Assembly (NCBI GenBank): GCA_036824225.1
Contig: DAITAP010000002.1
Location: 1-41,443, forward strand
DNA from: Caproicibacter sp.
Lineage (GTDB): Bacteria; Bacillota; Clostridia; Oscillospirales; Acutalibacteraceae
Direction of reading: 5' to 3'
DNA: 41,443 nt
Position 1 is the stretch's first letter. Each line of letters starts with the position of its first letter. The notes under the pieces are model-generated. The model did not search any database. It was given only the letters and a program-made list of their open reading frames with translations, and was not told the origin of the DNA. This document shows positions 19,003 through 28,809 of the stretch, piece by piece. Made by a program: the position numbers and the translations under genes.

Positions 19003-19902
19003 ATGAAACAGCTCAGAAGGACGATGTTGTTCGTGCCCGGGAACAATCCCGGGATGATCCGGGACGCCGGCATCTATGATGTCGACAGCATCATGTTTGA
19101 TCTGGAGGATTCGGTCTCGGTCGGCGAAAAAGACGCCGCGCGGTTTCTGGTCTATGAAATGCTGAGAACCATCGACTATCACGGCAAGGAACTGATTGTG
19201 CGCGTCAATTCCCCGGACACCGGGACGGGGCTTGAGGATCTCAGGGCGATGGTCAGCACCCGCAGGGTCGCGATCCGCCTGCCGAAGACGGAATGTGCGG
19301 AGGATGTGCTCGGATGCGAAAAGAAAATCGCGGCCATCGAGCGCGAACGCGGCATCCCGGAGGGCTCCACTCGGATGATGGCGGCCATCGAAAGCGCGGT
19401 GGGCGTGCTGAACGCAAAGGAGATCGCGTTTTCCACAAAACGCCTGATCGGGATCGCGCTCGGCGCGGAGGACTATGTCACCGACCTGAAAACGACGCGC
19501 TCCGCCGACGGAACCGAGCTGCTGTTCGCGCGCTGCATGATCCTGCAGGCCGCGCGCGCGGCGGGGATCGACGCGATCGACTCGGTCTATTCCGACGTCG
19601 ACAACGAGGAGGGCTTCCGCAGCGAGGTCGCCCTGATCAAACAGCTCGGCTTCGATGGAAAGAGCATCATCAACCCAAGGCAGATCAAGCCGGTGCAGGA
19701 AATCTATACGCCGACGAAGAAAGAGATCGACAGGTCACTTGCCGTCATGGATGCGATCGAAGAAGCGAGGAAAAAGGGCTCCGGCGTCATTGCGCTCAAC
19801 GGCAAGATGATCGACAAGCCGGTTGTCGCGCGTGCCCAAAGGGTGCTCGACCTCGCCCGCGCGGCCGGCGTTTTGAAACAGGAGGACAAAAATGAACGCT
19901 GA
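19003..19902 (+). CDS. citE: Citrate lyase beta subunit (citryl-ACP lyase)
   Basis: RRTMLFVPG, FDLEDSV, GAEDY, GFDGKSIINPRQI, GKMIDKP. Confidence 0.95.
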   Translation: MKQLRRTMLFVPGNNPGMIRDAGIYDVDSIMFDLEDSVSVGEKDAARFLVYEMLRTIDYHGKELIVRVNSPDTGTGLEDLRAMVSTRRVAIRLPKTECAEDVLGCEKKIAAIERERGIPEGSTRMMAAIESAVGVLNAKEIAFSTKRLIGIALGAEDYVTDLKTTRSADGTELLFARCMILQAARAAGIDAIDSVYSDVDNEEGFRSEVALIKQLGFDGKSIINPRQIKPVQEIYTPTKKEIDRSLAVMDAIEEARKKGSGVIALNGKMIDKPVVARAQRVLDLARAAGVLKQEDKNER

Positions 19903-21427
19903 TTTGAAAAAGATACCGTTCCTTGACGAGATCCCTTCCATCCATACCGTGTTTGAGCCGGATCGGATCACGAAGGATGTCCGGCCTTTGGCGGAGCGGC
20001 AGAAGCAGGGAAATAAAATCGTGAAGGACCTTGAAACCGCAATCCGCCTTTCCGGCCTAAAGGATGGCATGACGATCTCGTTCCATCACCATTTCCGCAA
20101 CGGCGACTATATCGTCAATATGGTGATGGATCGGCTCGCGGAAATGGGATTCCGCGGGCTTGTGGTTGCGGCGTCGTCGCTGACCGACTGCCATGCGCCC
20201 CTGATTAAGCACATCAAAAGCGGGGTGATCCGCCGCATCGAGACCTCCGGCCTGAGGGGCGAGCTCGGGGAAGCGGTTTCCGGCGGGCTGATGGATGTGC
20301 CGGTGGTGTTCCGTTCCCACGGCGGGCGCGCCTATGCGATTGAAACGGGGGAACTGCCGATCGACGTGGCGTTTCTCGGTGCCCCGTCGTGCGACCCCTA
20401 CGGGAACGCGAACGGCTATTCCCTCGAAAGCGGGGGCGGCGTGATGTGCGGCTCCATGGGCTACGCAAAATGCGACGCGCAGTACGCGAAGAAGACGATC
20501 GTCATCACGGACAGCGTCGTCCCTTATCCCAACACCCCGTGCAGCATTCCGGAAACCCAGGTGGATTACATCGTAAAGGTTCCCAAAATCGGGGACCCGA
20601 ACGGGATCATGAGCGGCGCAACGCGCTTTACGCGGAATCCGAAGGAACTGCTGATCGCCGAATCCGCCGCGAACGTGATTATGGCGAGCGGGTATTTTGA
20701 AGACGGCTTTTCGTTTCAGATGGGGAGCGGAGGGGCATCCCTCTCGGTGGCGAGGTTCCTGCGCGATAAAATGGCCGAGCGGAACATGAAAGCCGGCTTT
20801 GCGCTCGGCGGCATCACCGGCTCGGTGGTCGACCTTTTTGAAGAGGGCCTCGTCAAAAAGATACTCGATGTGCAGAGCTTCGATCTGAAAGCGGCGGAAT
20901 CGGTCAAAAAGAACCGTTTCCACCAGCAGATTTCGGCCTCTTATTATGCCGGCCCCGGGGGAAAGGGCAGCGCGGTGAACCAGCTCGACGTCGTTATCCT
21001 CTCGGCGCTCGAAGTGGACTGCGATTTCAACGTCAACGTGCTGACCGGCTCCAACGGTGTGATCCGCGGCGCGATCGGCGGCCATCCCGACACGGCCTTC
21101 GGCGCCTCCGTTTCCATCATCGTCGCCCCGCTGATCCGCGGCAGGATCCCGTGCGTGGTCGAAAAGGTCAACACGGTCGTGACGCCCGGAAAAACGGTGG
21201 ATATCGTGGTGACCGATCAGGGGGTCGCGGCCAATCCGCAGCGCGCGGATCTGCTGAGCCGCCTGAAAAAGTCCAATATTCCGCTGTGTACGATCGAACA
21301 GCTGAAGGAGAAGGCCGAACGCATCGTCGGCAAACCGAAGCCGGTCGAGTATACCGACAAGGTGGTGGGCGTCGTCACCTATCGGGACGGCTCCGTGATC
21401 GACCTGATCCGCCAAGTGAAAGATTAG
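19892..21427 (+). CDS. citF: Citrate lyase alpha subunit (acyl-ACP:citrate ACP transferase)
   Basis: [38 protein letters not shown]. Confidence 0.95.
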   Translation: MNADLKKIPFLDEIPSIHTVFEPDRITKDVRPLAERQKQGNKIVKDLETAIRLSGLKDGMTISFHHHFRNGDYIVNMVMDRLAEMGFRGLVVAASSLTDCHAPLIKHIKSGVIRRIETSGLRGELGEAVSGGLMDVPVVFRSHGGRAYAIETGELPIDVAFLGAPSCDPYGNANGYSLESGGGVMCGSMGYAKCDAQYAKKTIVITDSVVPYPNTPCSIPETQVDYIVKVPKIGDPNGIMSGATRFTRNPKELLIAESAANVIMASGYFEDGFSFQMGSGGASLSVARFLRDKMAERNMKAGFALGGITGSVVDLFEEGLVKKILDVQSFDLKAAESVKKNRFHQQISASYYAGPGGKGSAVNQLDVVILSALEVDCDFNVNVLTGSNGVIRGAIGGHPDTAFGASVSIIVAPLIRGRIPCVVEKVNTVVTPGKTVDIVVTDQGVAANPQRADLLSRLKKSNIPLCTIEQLKEKAERIVGKPKPVEYTDKVVGVVTYRDGSVIDLIRQVKD

Positions 21428-21437
21428 GGGGAAGGTT

Positions 21438-23741
21438 GTGATGAAACTTTATCCGAACGGCGTTTATGTGATTGACGGCCGGAAAATCGTGGAGGCGGAC
21501 GCCTCGAATGCCGAGCGCTTAAAAGCGGCCGCCCACGGGGCGGATCTCAAGAAGGCGAGGGAAGGCACGATCTCCTATTCCATTCTGAAAAGCCACAACC
21601 ATTCCGGCAGTATGGAGAAGCTGAAAATCAGATTCGACGCGCTGGCTTCCCACGACATTACGTTTGTGGGGATCATCCAGACCGCCAAGGCGAGCGGGCT
21701 GAAAGAGTTCCCCATTCCCTATGTGCTGACGAACTGCCACAATTCGCTGTGCGCGGTCGGTGGCACCATCAACGAGGATGACCACCTGTTCGGGCTTTCG
21801 GCGGCGAAAAAGTACGGGGGAATCTATGTGCCGCCGCATCTGGCGGTGATCCACATGTATATGCGCGAGAGGATGGCCGGCTGCGGTAAGATGATTCTGG
21901 GCTCCGACAGCCACACCCGCTACGGCGCGCTTGGCACCCTGGCGATCGGCGAGGGTGGCGGCGAGCTTGTGAAACAGCTGCTCTGCAAAACCTACGATAT
22001 CGATTATCCCCGCGTGGTCGGGGTTTATCTGACGGGGAAGCCGCGCTCCGGGGTGGGGCCGCAGGATGTGGCGCTGGCGATCATCGGGGAGGTCTTCCAG
22101 TCCGGCTATGTCAAGAACAGCGTCATGGAATTCATCGGCGACGGGGTCGGAAACCTGTCCGCCGATTATCGCTGCGGCATCGATGTAATGACCACCGAAA
22201 CGGCCTGCCTGTCCTCCATCTGGGAAACGGACGACGAGAAAATCAGGGAGTTTTTCGAGATCCACGGCCGCCCGGAGGATTACCGGGAGCTGAAGCCGGC
22301 GGACGTCGCCTATTACGACGGCCTGATCTATCTGGACCTTTCCGCCGTGAAGCCGATGATCGCCCTGCCGTTCCACCCGTCGAACTGCTGTGAGATCGAC
22401 ACGCTCTGCGATCACCTGGAGGATATCCTTCACGATGTGGAAGAGCGGGCGGTGAAAACGTTCGGAAATCCGGATGTGCGGGGAAGCCTGACGGGCAAAA
22501 TCGTGGACGGCCGCCTGAAGGTGGACCAGGGCGTCATCGCGGGCTGCGCGGGGGGCATCTTCGGCAACGTGATGGCGGCGCATTCCGTGCTGAAGGGGCA
22601 GAACATCGGAAACGGGGAGTTTTCGCTTTCGGTCTACCCTTCCAGTCAGCCGGTCATGCTGGAGCTGACGCGCAACGGGGCGCTTTTCGATCTGATGAAA
22701 GCGGGGGCGGTCATCCGCACCGCGTTCTGCGGCCCGTGCTTCGGCGCGGGGGACGTTCCGGCCAACGGGGCGCTCTCGGTCCGGCATACCACCCGCAACT
22801 TCCCGAACCGGGAAGGCTCCAAGCCCGGCGCCGGGCAGGCCGCCTATGTCGCGCTGATGGATGCCCGGAGCATCGCGGCGACGGCAAGGAACAAGGGCTT
22901 CCTGACTTCCGCTGAAAATTGTGACACGGATTCCGATATTCCAAAATATTTCTTCGATCAGGGGCCCTATCAGAAGAGGGTGTACGACGGTTACGGAAAG
23001 GCTCGGCCGGACATCGGGCTCCGTTACGGCCCGAATATCGTCGACTGGCCGGAAATCGCCCCGCTCGCCGACGATCTGCTTTTGAAAGTCGTATCCTATA
23101 TCACCGACCCGGTCACGACGACCGACGAGCTGATCCCATCCGGGGAAACGTCGTCCTACCGGTCGAACCCTCTGGGGCTTGCGGAATTTACCCTTTCCCG
23201 CAAGGACCCGGCCTATGTGGGCAGGGCCAAGGAGGTGCAGAAGCTGGAAAAGGCGCGCCTTGCCGGGGAAAATCCCGAAAAGCTCTCCCGGGAGCTCGAG
23301 AAAGTCTTTGCGAAGATCCGGTCGATCAAGGGCTTTGAATCGGCGGACCCGATGAAGATCGGAATCGGATCGGCGGTTTACGCGGTCAAGCCCGGGGACG
23401 GGAGCGCCCGGGAACAGGCCGCCTCCTGTCAGAGGGTGCTGGGCGGCGGCGCGAACATCGCGGGGGAATATGCCACCAAGCGTTACCGCAGCAACCTGAT
23501 CAACTGGGGCATGATCCCGTTCCTGCTGGATGGAAAACCGGGGTTCGGCAGCGGAAGCTATCTGTTTGTCCCGCGGATCCGCAAAAAAATCGCGGAGGGC
23601 TCCTATTCTCGGATCGAGGCGTATGTGATCGGGGAGCGGGCCGAAAAGATCGAGCTCGGGATCGCGCCGCTGACACCCGATGAACGGAAGATCATCCAGG
23701 CGGGCTGTCTGATTAATTACAACCGAGACAACCGGACGTAA
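21438..23741 (+). CDS. ybhJ: YbhJ-type aconitase-family hydratase
   Basis: [71 protein letters not shown]. Confidence 0.9.
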   Translation: MMKLYPNGVYVIDGRKIVEADASNAERLKAAAHGADLKKAREGTISYSILKSHNHSGSMEKLKIRFDALASHDITFVGIIQTAKASGLKEFPIPYVLTNCHNSLCAVGGTINEDDHLFGLSAAKKYGGIYVPPHLAVIHMYMRERMAGCGKMILGSDSHTRYGALGTLAIGEGGGELVKQLLCKTYDIDYPRVVGVYLTGKPRSGVGPQDVALAIIGEVFQSGYVKNSVMEFIGDGVGNLSADYRCGIDVMTTETACLSSIWETDDEKIREFFEIHGRPEDYRELKPADVAYYDGLIYLDLSAVKPMIALPFHPSNCCEIDTLCDHLEDILHDVEERAVKTFGNPDVRGSLTGKIVDGRLKVDQGVIAGCAGGIFGNVMAAHSVLKGQNIGNGEFSLSVYPSSQPVMLELTRNGALFDLMKAGAVIRTAFCGPCFGAGDVPANGALSVRHTTRNFPNREGSKPGAGQAAYVALMDARSIAATARNKGFLTSAENCDTDSDIPKYFFDQGPYQKRVYDGYGKARPDIGLRYGPNIVDWPEIAPLADDLLLKVVSYITDPVTTTDELIPSGETSSYRSNPLGLAEFTLSRKDPAYVGRAKEVQKLEKARLAGENPEKLSRELEKVFAKIRSIKGFESADPMKIGIGSAVYAVKPGDGSAREQAASCQRVLGGGANIAGEYATKRYRSNLINWGMIPFLLDGKPGFGSGSYLFVPRIRKKIAEGSYSRIEAYVIGERAEKIELGIAPLTPDERKIIQAGCLINYNRDNRT

Positions 23742-23760
23742 GATCTGCGGGGGTTTTGAT

Positions 23761-24759
23761 ATGGAATTCGTTTATGGGAGACCGGTCGCGGGGGAACTGA
23801 AGAAAAAGACGATACGGTTTCTGCGGGAGGCTTCCCTGGATTTTGACGAAAGCGCGGAGTTTACCGTCTGCCTGATGGAAAACGGGGAGATTCTGGCGAC
23901 CGGTTCCCGGCAGGGCAAGGTCCTGAAATGTCTCGCCGTCTTGAAGGACATCCGCGGGAGCGGGCTTGCGGCCCGGATCGTGACGGAACTCGTCAAGGAC
24001 GCCGTGTCGGCCGGCTTCGCGCACCTGTTCCTGTATACGAAGCCGGAATCCGGCCGGATTTTCGAGGCGCTCGGCTTTTATCCGGTTGCGGGCACGGAGG
24101 ATGTGCTGCTGCTGGAAAACGTAAAGAACGGCGCTGAAAAATTTGTAAGCAGCCTGGACTGTCCCATAAAAGAGGGGAAAATCGGCTGCATCGTCGCAAA
24201 CTGCAATCCCATGACCAACGGCCATCTCTATCTGGCGGAAACCGCCGCCCGTTCCTGCGACTTTCTTCATCTGTTCATCCTGTCGGAGGACTGCAGCCGC
24301 TTTCCCGCCGATGTGCGCATGATGCTGGCGAAGCGGGCGGTTTCCCATCTGCGCAACGTCGCCGTGCATCCCACCGGCGATTACCTGATTTCCGCGGCGA
24401 CGTTTCCCGACTATTTCATCCGGGACAAAGCGCGCGTGGAAAACATCCGCTGCATGCTGGACCTCGTCGTTTTCGCTAGGAAGTTCGCGGGGCCCCTGCA
24501 CATTACGACGCGGTTTGTCGGTTCGGAGCCGTTCAGCAGGACGGCGGATTGTTACAACCGCGTCATGAAGGAATATCTTCCGTCCCGGAAGATCGAAGTC
24601 GAGATCGTGCCCCGCCTGGAGATCGGCGGTTCGGCGGTGAGCGCCGGACGCGTCCGCGAGCTGCTGGATGAAGGGAAGCTGGAAAAAGTCCGGGAGCTGG
24701 TTCCCCTGGCGACCTATGATTATCTGAAAAAGGCGGGTTGGCATGAAAGACGCGAATGA
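23761..24759 (+). CDS. citC: [Citrate (pro-3S)-lyase] ligase
   Basis: N-terminal GNAT-like region, NCNPMTNGH, YLISAATFPDYF, RFVGSEP. Confidence 0.92.
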   Translation: MEFVYGRPVAGELKKKTIRFLREASLDFDESAEFTVCLMENGEILATGSRQGKVLKCLAVLKDIRGSGLAARIVTELVKDAVSAGFAHLFLYTKPESGRIFEALGFYPVAGTEDVLLLENVKNGAEKFVSSLDCPIKEGKIGCIVANCNPMTNGHLYLAETAARSCDFLHLFILSEDCSRFPADVRMMLAKRAVSHLRNVAVHPTGDYLISAATFPDYFIRDKARVENIRCMLDLVVFARKFAGPLHITTRFVGSEPFSRTADCYNRVMKEYLPSRKIEVEIVPRLEIGGSAVSAGRVRELLDEGKLEKVRELVPLATYDYLKKAGWHERRE

Positions 24760-26134
24760 GCGGAATCATGAAACGGATTGCGCGGCTGATGACATGCTGA
24801 ACCGGATTTTGAGCGCAAGGGAACGGCGCGCGGATGTTCAGCGCGGGATGCTGGCCGAGTTTGGCCGGCCGCTGATCAGTTTTACGCTCAATATCGCGGG
24901 GGCCAGAAAAACATTTCCGCTTGCGCAACAGGCCTTTTCGGAGGGCAAGCTTCAGATCGCCCGGCAGCTGGAACGGGAGGGAATACCGGTTGCCGTTTAC
25001 CGCGAGATTTTCGGCGATGCCGGCTCCTGCGGCATCTGGGCGCTGGATGCGGACCCGGTGCGGATCAAGAAACTGGCGATTTCCATCGAGGAAGGAAGCG
25101 GTCTCGGGCGGCTGTTCGACATTGATGTGCTGCGCGCGGATGGAAGCGGAATTTCGCGGCGGGAGCTGGGCCTCCCGATGAGGAAGTGCCTGATCTGCGG
25201 CGCGGAGGCGCATGCCTGCGCGCGGAGCCAGAAGCATCCTGTGGAAGAGCTGATCCACAGGACGGAGGAGCTTCTGCGGGATTATTTCGACAGGCGCTTC
25301 GCGGATCAGGTGGCGGGCGCGGCGCTTCGCGCGCTGATGTACGAGGTGTCGGTGACCCCGAAGCCGGGCCTGGTCGATAGGAACAATAACGGTGCGCACA
25401 GGAACATGGATTTTTTCAAGTTCATCGACAGCTGCTCTGCGCTTGTACCGTATTTCCATGCTTTTACAATGAAAGGCATGAGGTTGAAAGGGACTCCGGG
25501 ACAGCTTTTCCAAGCCGTCCGCTACACCGGCCAGGCGGCGGAGGATGCCATGTTCGCCGCAACAGGCGGCGTCAACACGCACAAGGGGGCGATTTATTCC
25601 CTTGGGCTGATCTGTGCGGCGGCAGGCAGGCTGCACCGCGGGAAGAAAAAGGCGGGGCCCGGGGATGTGACGGCCCTCTGTTCGGAGATGGCGAAGGTTT
25701 CCCTGAAGGAGTTGGAGGAGAAAAAATCCGCGCCGGAGACACACGGCGAAGCGGCCTTTTCCCGTTACGGATTTCTTGGGGTCAAGGGAGAAGCGGCAAA
25801 CGGTTTTCCCAGCGTGATCCATGTTGCATTTCCCGTTCTGCGCGGCCTGCTGAAACAGGGCGTTTCCTATAACGATGCCGGGGCGGTCACCCTCCTCCAC
25901 CTGATCGCAACCGTGGAGGATACGAACATTGCCGCGCGCACGGAAAAGAGAACTTATGCCGCGGTTCGGCGGAAAGTCCAAAATCTGATTGACAGCGTGA
26001 CGGACACCGACGGGCTCCTTTGTGCCGCGCGCCGGCTCGACGGGGAATTTATCGCGCTGAATATCAGCGCCGGCGGCTGCGCGGATCTTCTGGCGATTGC
26101 CTTTATGCTGGTCTTTCTGTATCAGCCTGATTGA
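24743..26134 (+). CDS. citXG: Fused holo-ACP synthase / triphosphoribosyl-dephospho-CoA synthase
   Basis: CitX motifs (ARERRA, GRLFDIDV, CLIC..CARS..H) followed by CitG motifs (TPKPGLVD, GVNTHKG, DTN, SAGGCADLL). Confidence 0.92.
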   Translation: MKDANERNHETDCAADDMLNRILSARERRADVQRGMLAEFGRPLISFTLNIAGARKTFPLAQQAFSEGKLQIARQLEREGIPVAVYREIFGDAGSCGIWALDADPVRIKKLAISIEEGSGLGRLFDIDVLRADGSGISRRELGLPMRKCLICGAEAHACARSQKHPVEELIHRTEELLRDYFDRRFADQVAGAALRALMYEVSVTPKPGLVDRNNNGAHRNMDFFKFIDSCSALVPYFHAFTMKGMRLKGTPGQLFQAVRYTGQAAEDAMFAATGGVNTHKGAIYSLGLICAAAGRLHRGKKKAGPGDVTALCSEMAKVSLKELEEKKSAPETHGEAAFSRYGFLGVKGEAANGFPSVIHVAFPVLRGLLKQGVSYNDAGAVTLLHLIATVEDTNIAARTEKRTYAAVRRKVQNLIDSVTDTDGLLCAARRLDGEFIALNISAGGCADLLAIAFMLVFLYQPD

Positions 26135-26168
26135 AAAAGGCTTGTGAAAATCGATGGAGAGCTTTCGG

Positions 26169-26396
26169 TCAGGATATCTTAAAGCTCAGGTGCAGAATAT
26201 CCCGGTAAAAAGCCTGAATCGCTTTGATCGGGCTTGGCACCTTGACATCCAGGGCCACGAGTATCCCAAGCACGAGCACCAGCAGAAAGAGGATGGAATA
26301 AACGGTAAGGTCGTGCCACCGCTTGCTTTTGACCATGCCTGGCACATCGATTGCGGCAATCCCGGCGAAAGCGATCAGCACCAGCAGCAGGTTCAT
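26169..26396 (-). CDS. Small two-TM protein, putative germinant receptor D subunit
   Basis: 75 aa, two hydrophobic helices, VPSP motif, 4-bp overlap with the B-subunit stop. Confidence 0.75.
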   Translation of the reverse strand: MNLLLVLIAFAGIAAIDVPGMVKSKRWHDLTVYSILFLLVLVLGILVALDVKVPSPIKAIQAFYRDILHLSFKIS

Positions 26397-27565
26397 GCTT
26401 TCACCTCCCGGGCTCTGCCGAGCTTCCGCAGGCAGGCCACCAGCAGAGAGACAGCCGGAAGCAGGAACTCGAAGGTCAGCGAAAAGAAGGGAGCCGTGGT
26501 CGCTCCCCAATTCTTGTTTTCCATCATGGATTCGAAAACAAAAAGGGAGTAGAAGAATACAAGCGCCGCGGAAATCAGGATAAGAGGCGGATGATTTTTC
26601 GAATTCAGGGACTGCGCTGTTCCGGATGCCTGACCTTCGTGACCGGGATTTGAGAGCGGCCGCCTTTTCCCGCTCAGCATTTGGGTCAAGCCCAACACGA
26701 ACGCATAAAGCAGGATGCTTACCTTTAATAAAAACAAAATTATCAGGATCACCCCATAAACGCTCTCCAACCGGGTGAGGATGTCCCCAAGGCTCACATA
26801 CCGTATGGATTCAAAAGCCGGCAGCGACACGATCGAGACAAGGGGGCCCAGCGTCACAATGTCGCGCATCAGGACGATCGCCATAGACACAGAGGAAAGG
26901 ACTAATCCGAGCAGAAGAGGCTTCGCGGCCTTTCCGTTCTTTCCCAGCATGGGCGTGAGCATGGTAAAGGCTAAAACCTCTCCCATTGGGACCGCCGTGA
27001 CGGAGACGGTAGCCTGAACGTATTTCTGGGGCTCCAGCCGGAACAACGGTTTCAGAAACTCGGGCTGTACCTCCTTGAGGACCAGAATGGCGTTGAGGGC
27101 CAACGCTCCTGCGGAGATGATGAATAAAAGAGTGGACAGGTTGATGAGATTCTCAATTCCTTTGCGAAGCGTATAGACGCACCCGAGCAAAAACACAGCG
27201 ATGGCCGCTGCGATCGGGGTTTCCGGCATCATGTGGACCGCCACGAAATTTCCAAGGTCGCGGGTATTGAGCGCAGCGAGCGATGCGAAGAAAAACAAAT
27301 ATAATGCGGAGATCACTTTCCCCAGAATCGGCCCGAATATGATATCGTCGATTTCGACCAGGCTCTTCCCTGGAAATTTTCGCAGCAACCCGGCATAGAT
27401 GGCTACGATCGGGAGCATAAACAGCAATCCGGTAAAGGCCATGGCCCAGGAATCGTTCCGGGTCACACTGATGATGAACCCGGAACGCAGTACGGTGCCA
27501 TGGATAAAGCAGAACACAGCGAATGCCAGCTCTTTTGAGGATATATTTTCCTTTTCAAGCGTCAT
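26393..27565 (-). CDS. gerKB: Spore germinant receptor B subunit (GerAB/GerKB family)
   Basis: About 10 TM helices, DSW, MPETP, GE, RLES motifs; start coupled to the C-subunit stop. Confidence 0.9.
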   Translation of the reverse strand: MTLEKENISSKELAFAVFCFIHGTVLRSGFIISVTRNDSWAMAFTGLLFMLPIVAIYAGLLRKFPGKSLVEIDDIIFGPILGKVISALYLFFFASLAALNTRDLGNFVAVHMMPETPIAAAIAVFLLGCVYTLRKGIENLINLSTLLFIISAGALALNAILVLKEVQPEFLKPLFRLEPQKYVQATVSVTAVPMGEVLAFTMLTPMLGKNGKAAKPLLLGLVLSSVSMAIVLMRDIVTLGPLVSIVSLPAFESIRYVSLGDILTRLESVYGVILIILFLLKVSILLYAFVLGLTQMLSGKRRPLSNPGHEGQASGTAQSLNSKNHPPLILISAALVFFYSLFVFESMMENKNWGATTAPFFSLTFEFLLPAVSLLVACLRKLGRAREVKA

Positions 27566-28809
27566 TGCCCACCTCCGGGAACTACCGGCTCTGTCAGGCT
27601 GCCTGTGGAATGCAGCATGACATTCACCTGGACGTTCAGGCCGATCTTTGGAAATTCCCGCTCCCAGTTTTCTTTCATCTTTTCCCACTCTTCCGGATAT
27701 TCCTGATGGATTGCCTCGCCGAATCCGAACACGTCGGCGGAAAGCGTTCTTGCCTGATGAAGCGCGTTTTCAATGTCGGCGCGGATTGCTTCCTTCATGA
27801 GCCCTTTCAGCATTTCGACGTTTTCCAGGCGGGACATATCTTCGTTGGTCTCGTTGCTTTCGATCGTTCCGTCCCCGTTGACCGTAAGCTCCATCCGGAT
27901 CGTTCCATCCCCGTTTTTTACGGGCTTTAATTTGCTGTTGGAATCGAAGATTTCCAAAACGACCTGTCCCCACCGGGTGTCCAGGGTTTTCACTCCGCTT
28001 TTCGCCTGGTTCGTCACCCATAAAAGGCCCCTTGTCTGTGACTTGTCAAGTTCTCCGATCATTTTTCCTCCTTTGAAAACCGCAGTGTCTTCCAGCTTTA
28101 TGTGCTTTTCCCCTCCGGATTCGTATACCTCTATCATCGGGGCTACGGGGGCTTTGGAACCGCTCAGCGTGGCGATGCTGAAATCGCGCAGGGTTACGAC
28201 TGCCGTTTCCGAGTTGATCTCCTGGTCTTCCATCATGTCGCCGATCTGGCGCGCAGGGATTTTCTCCAAGGCGGCTTCCCCCTGCAAGATATCCGACGCC
28301 TTGCCCTTTGAGATCAGGAGATCGGCATGCAGGCGCGATTCATAATCGCGCGCGAATGCATCCAGCCCTTCCGCCATGTCCCGCTTTGCCAGATCGCTGC
28401 TGAAAATGAACACTTCATTATGCGAGAAATACGGCCTCCGGCTTTGCATATGCGTGATTCCCCGAAGGACGGAGAGCACGCTCTTGTCCGTGTAACTGAT
28501 GTTGACATAGGCTTTTTCGCCGGCTCCTCCGGCTTTCGCGGTTGAGCCTGACCCGATCGCCGAAGCCTTGACCACCTGAGCCGTCAGTTTCAGCGTGTCC
28601 GGCTGATCGCCCACGTCCAGCCCGGTGCCGAGCACGATAGCCAGTGTGTTGAGCTCCCGTCTGCTCCAGCAGGAAGACAGAGACAGAATGAGAAGCGTGC
28701 AGAGCAGAACCGCGGTGGCGCGGCGCGCTTTTTCCCGGCGTTGACGGGAAAAGGATAAGGAGAAAGGCAGGAACAGCTTCCTGCCGGTTTTGACAGCTTT
28801 TTTGATCAT
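27562..28809 (-). CDS. gerKC: Spore germinant receptor C subunit (lipoprotein)
   Basis: LSSCWSRRELNTLAIV lipobox region, ADVFGFG. Confidence 0.92.
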   Translation of the reverse strand: MIKKAVKTGRKLFLPFSLSFSRQRREKARRATAVLLCTLLILSLSSCWSRRELNTLAIVLGTGLDVGDQPDTLKLTAQVVKASAIGSGSTAKAGGAGEKAYVNISYTDKSVLSVLRGITHMQSRRPYFSHNEVFIFSSDLAKRDMAEGLDAFARDYESRLHADLLISKGKASDILQGEAALEKIPARQIGDMMEDQEINSETAVVTLRDFSIATLSGSKAPVAPMIEVYESGGEKHIKLEDTAVFKGGKMIGELDKSQTRGLLWVTNQAKSGVKTLDTRWGQVVLEIFDSNSKLKPVKNGDGTIRMELTVNGDGTIESNETNEDMSRLENVEMLKGLMKEAIRADIENALHQARTLSADVFGFGEAIHQEYPEEWEKMKENWEREFPKIGLNVQVNVMLHSTGSLTEPVVPGGGQ

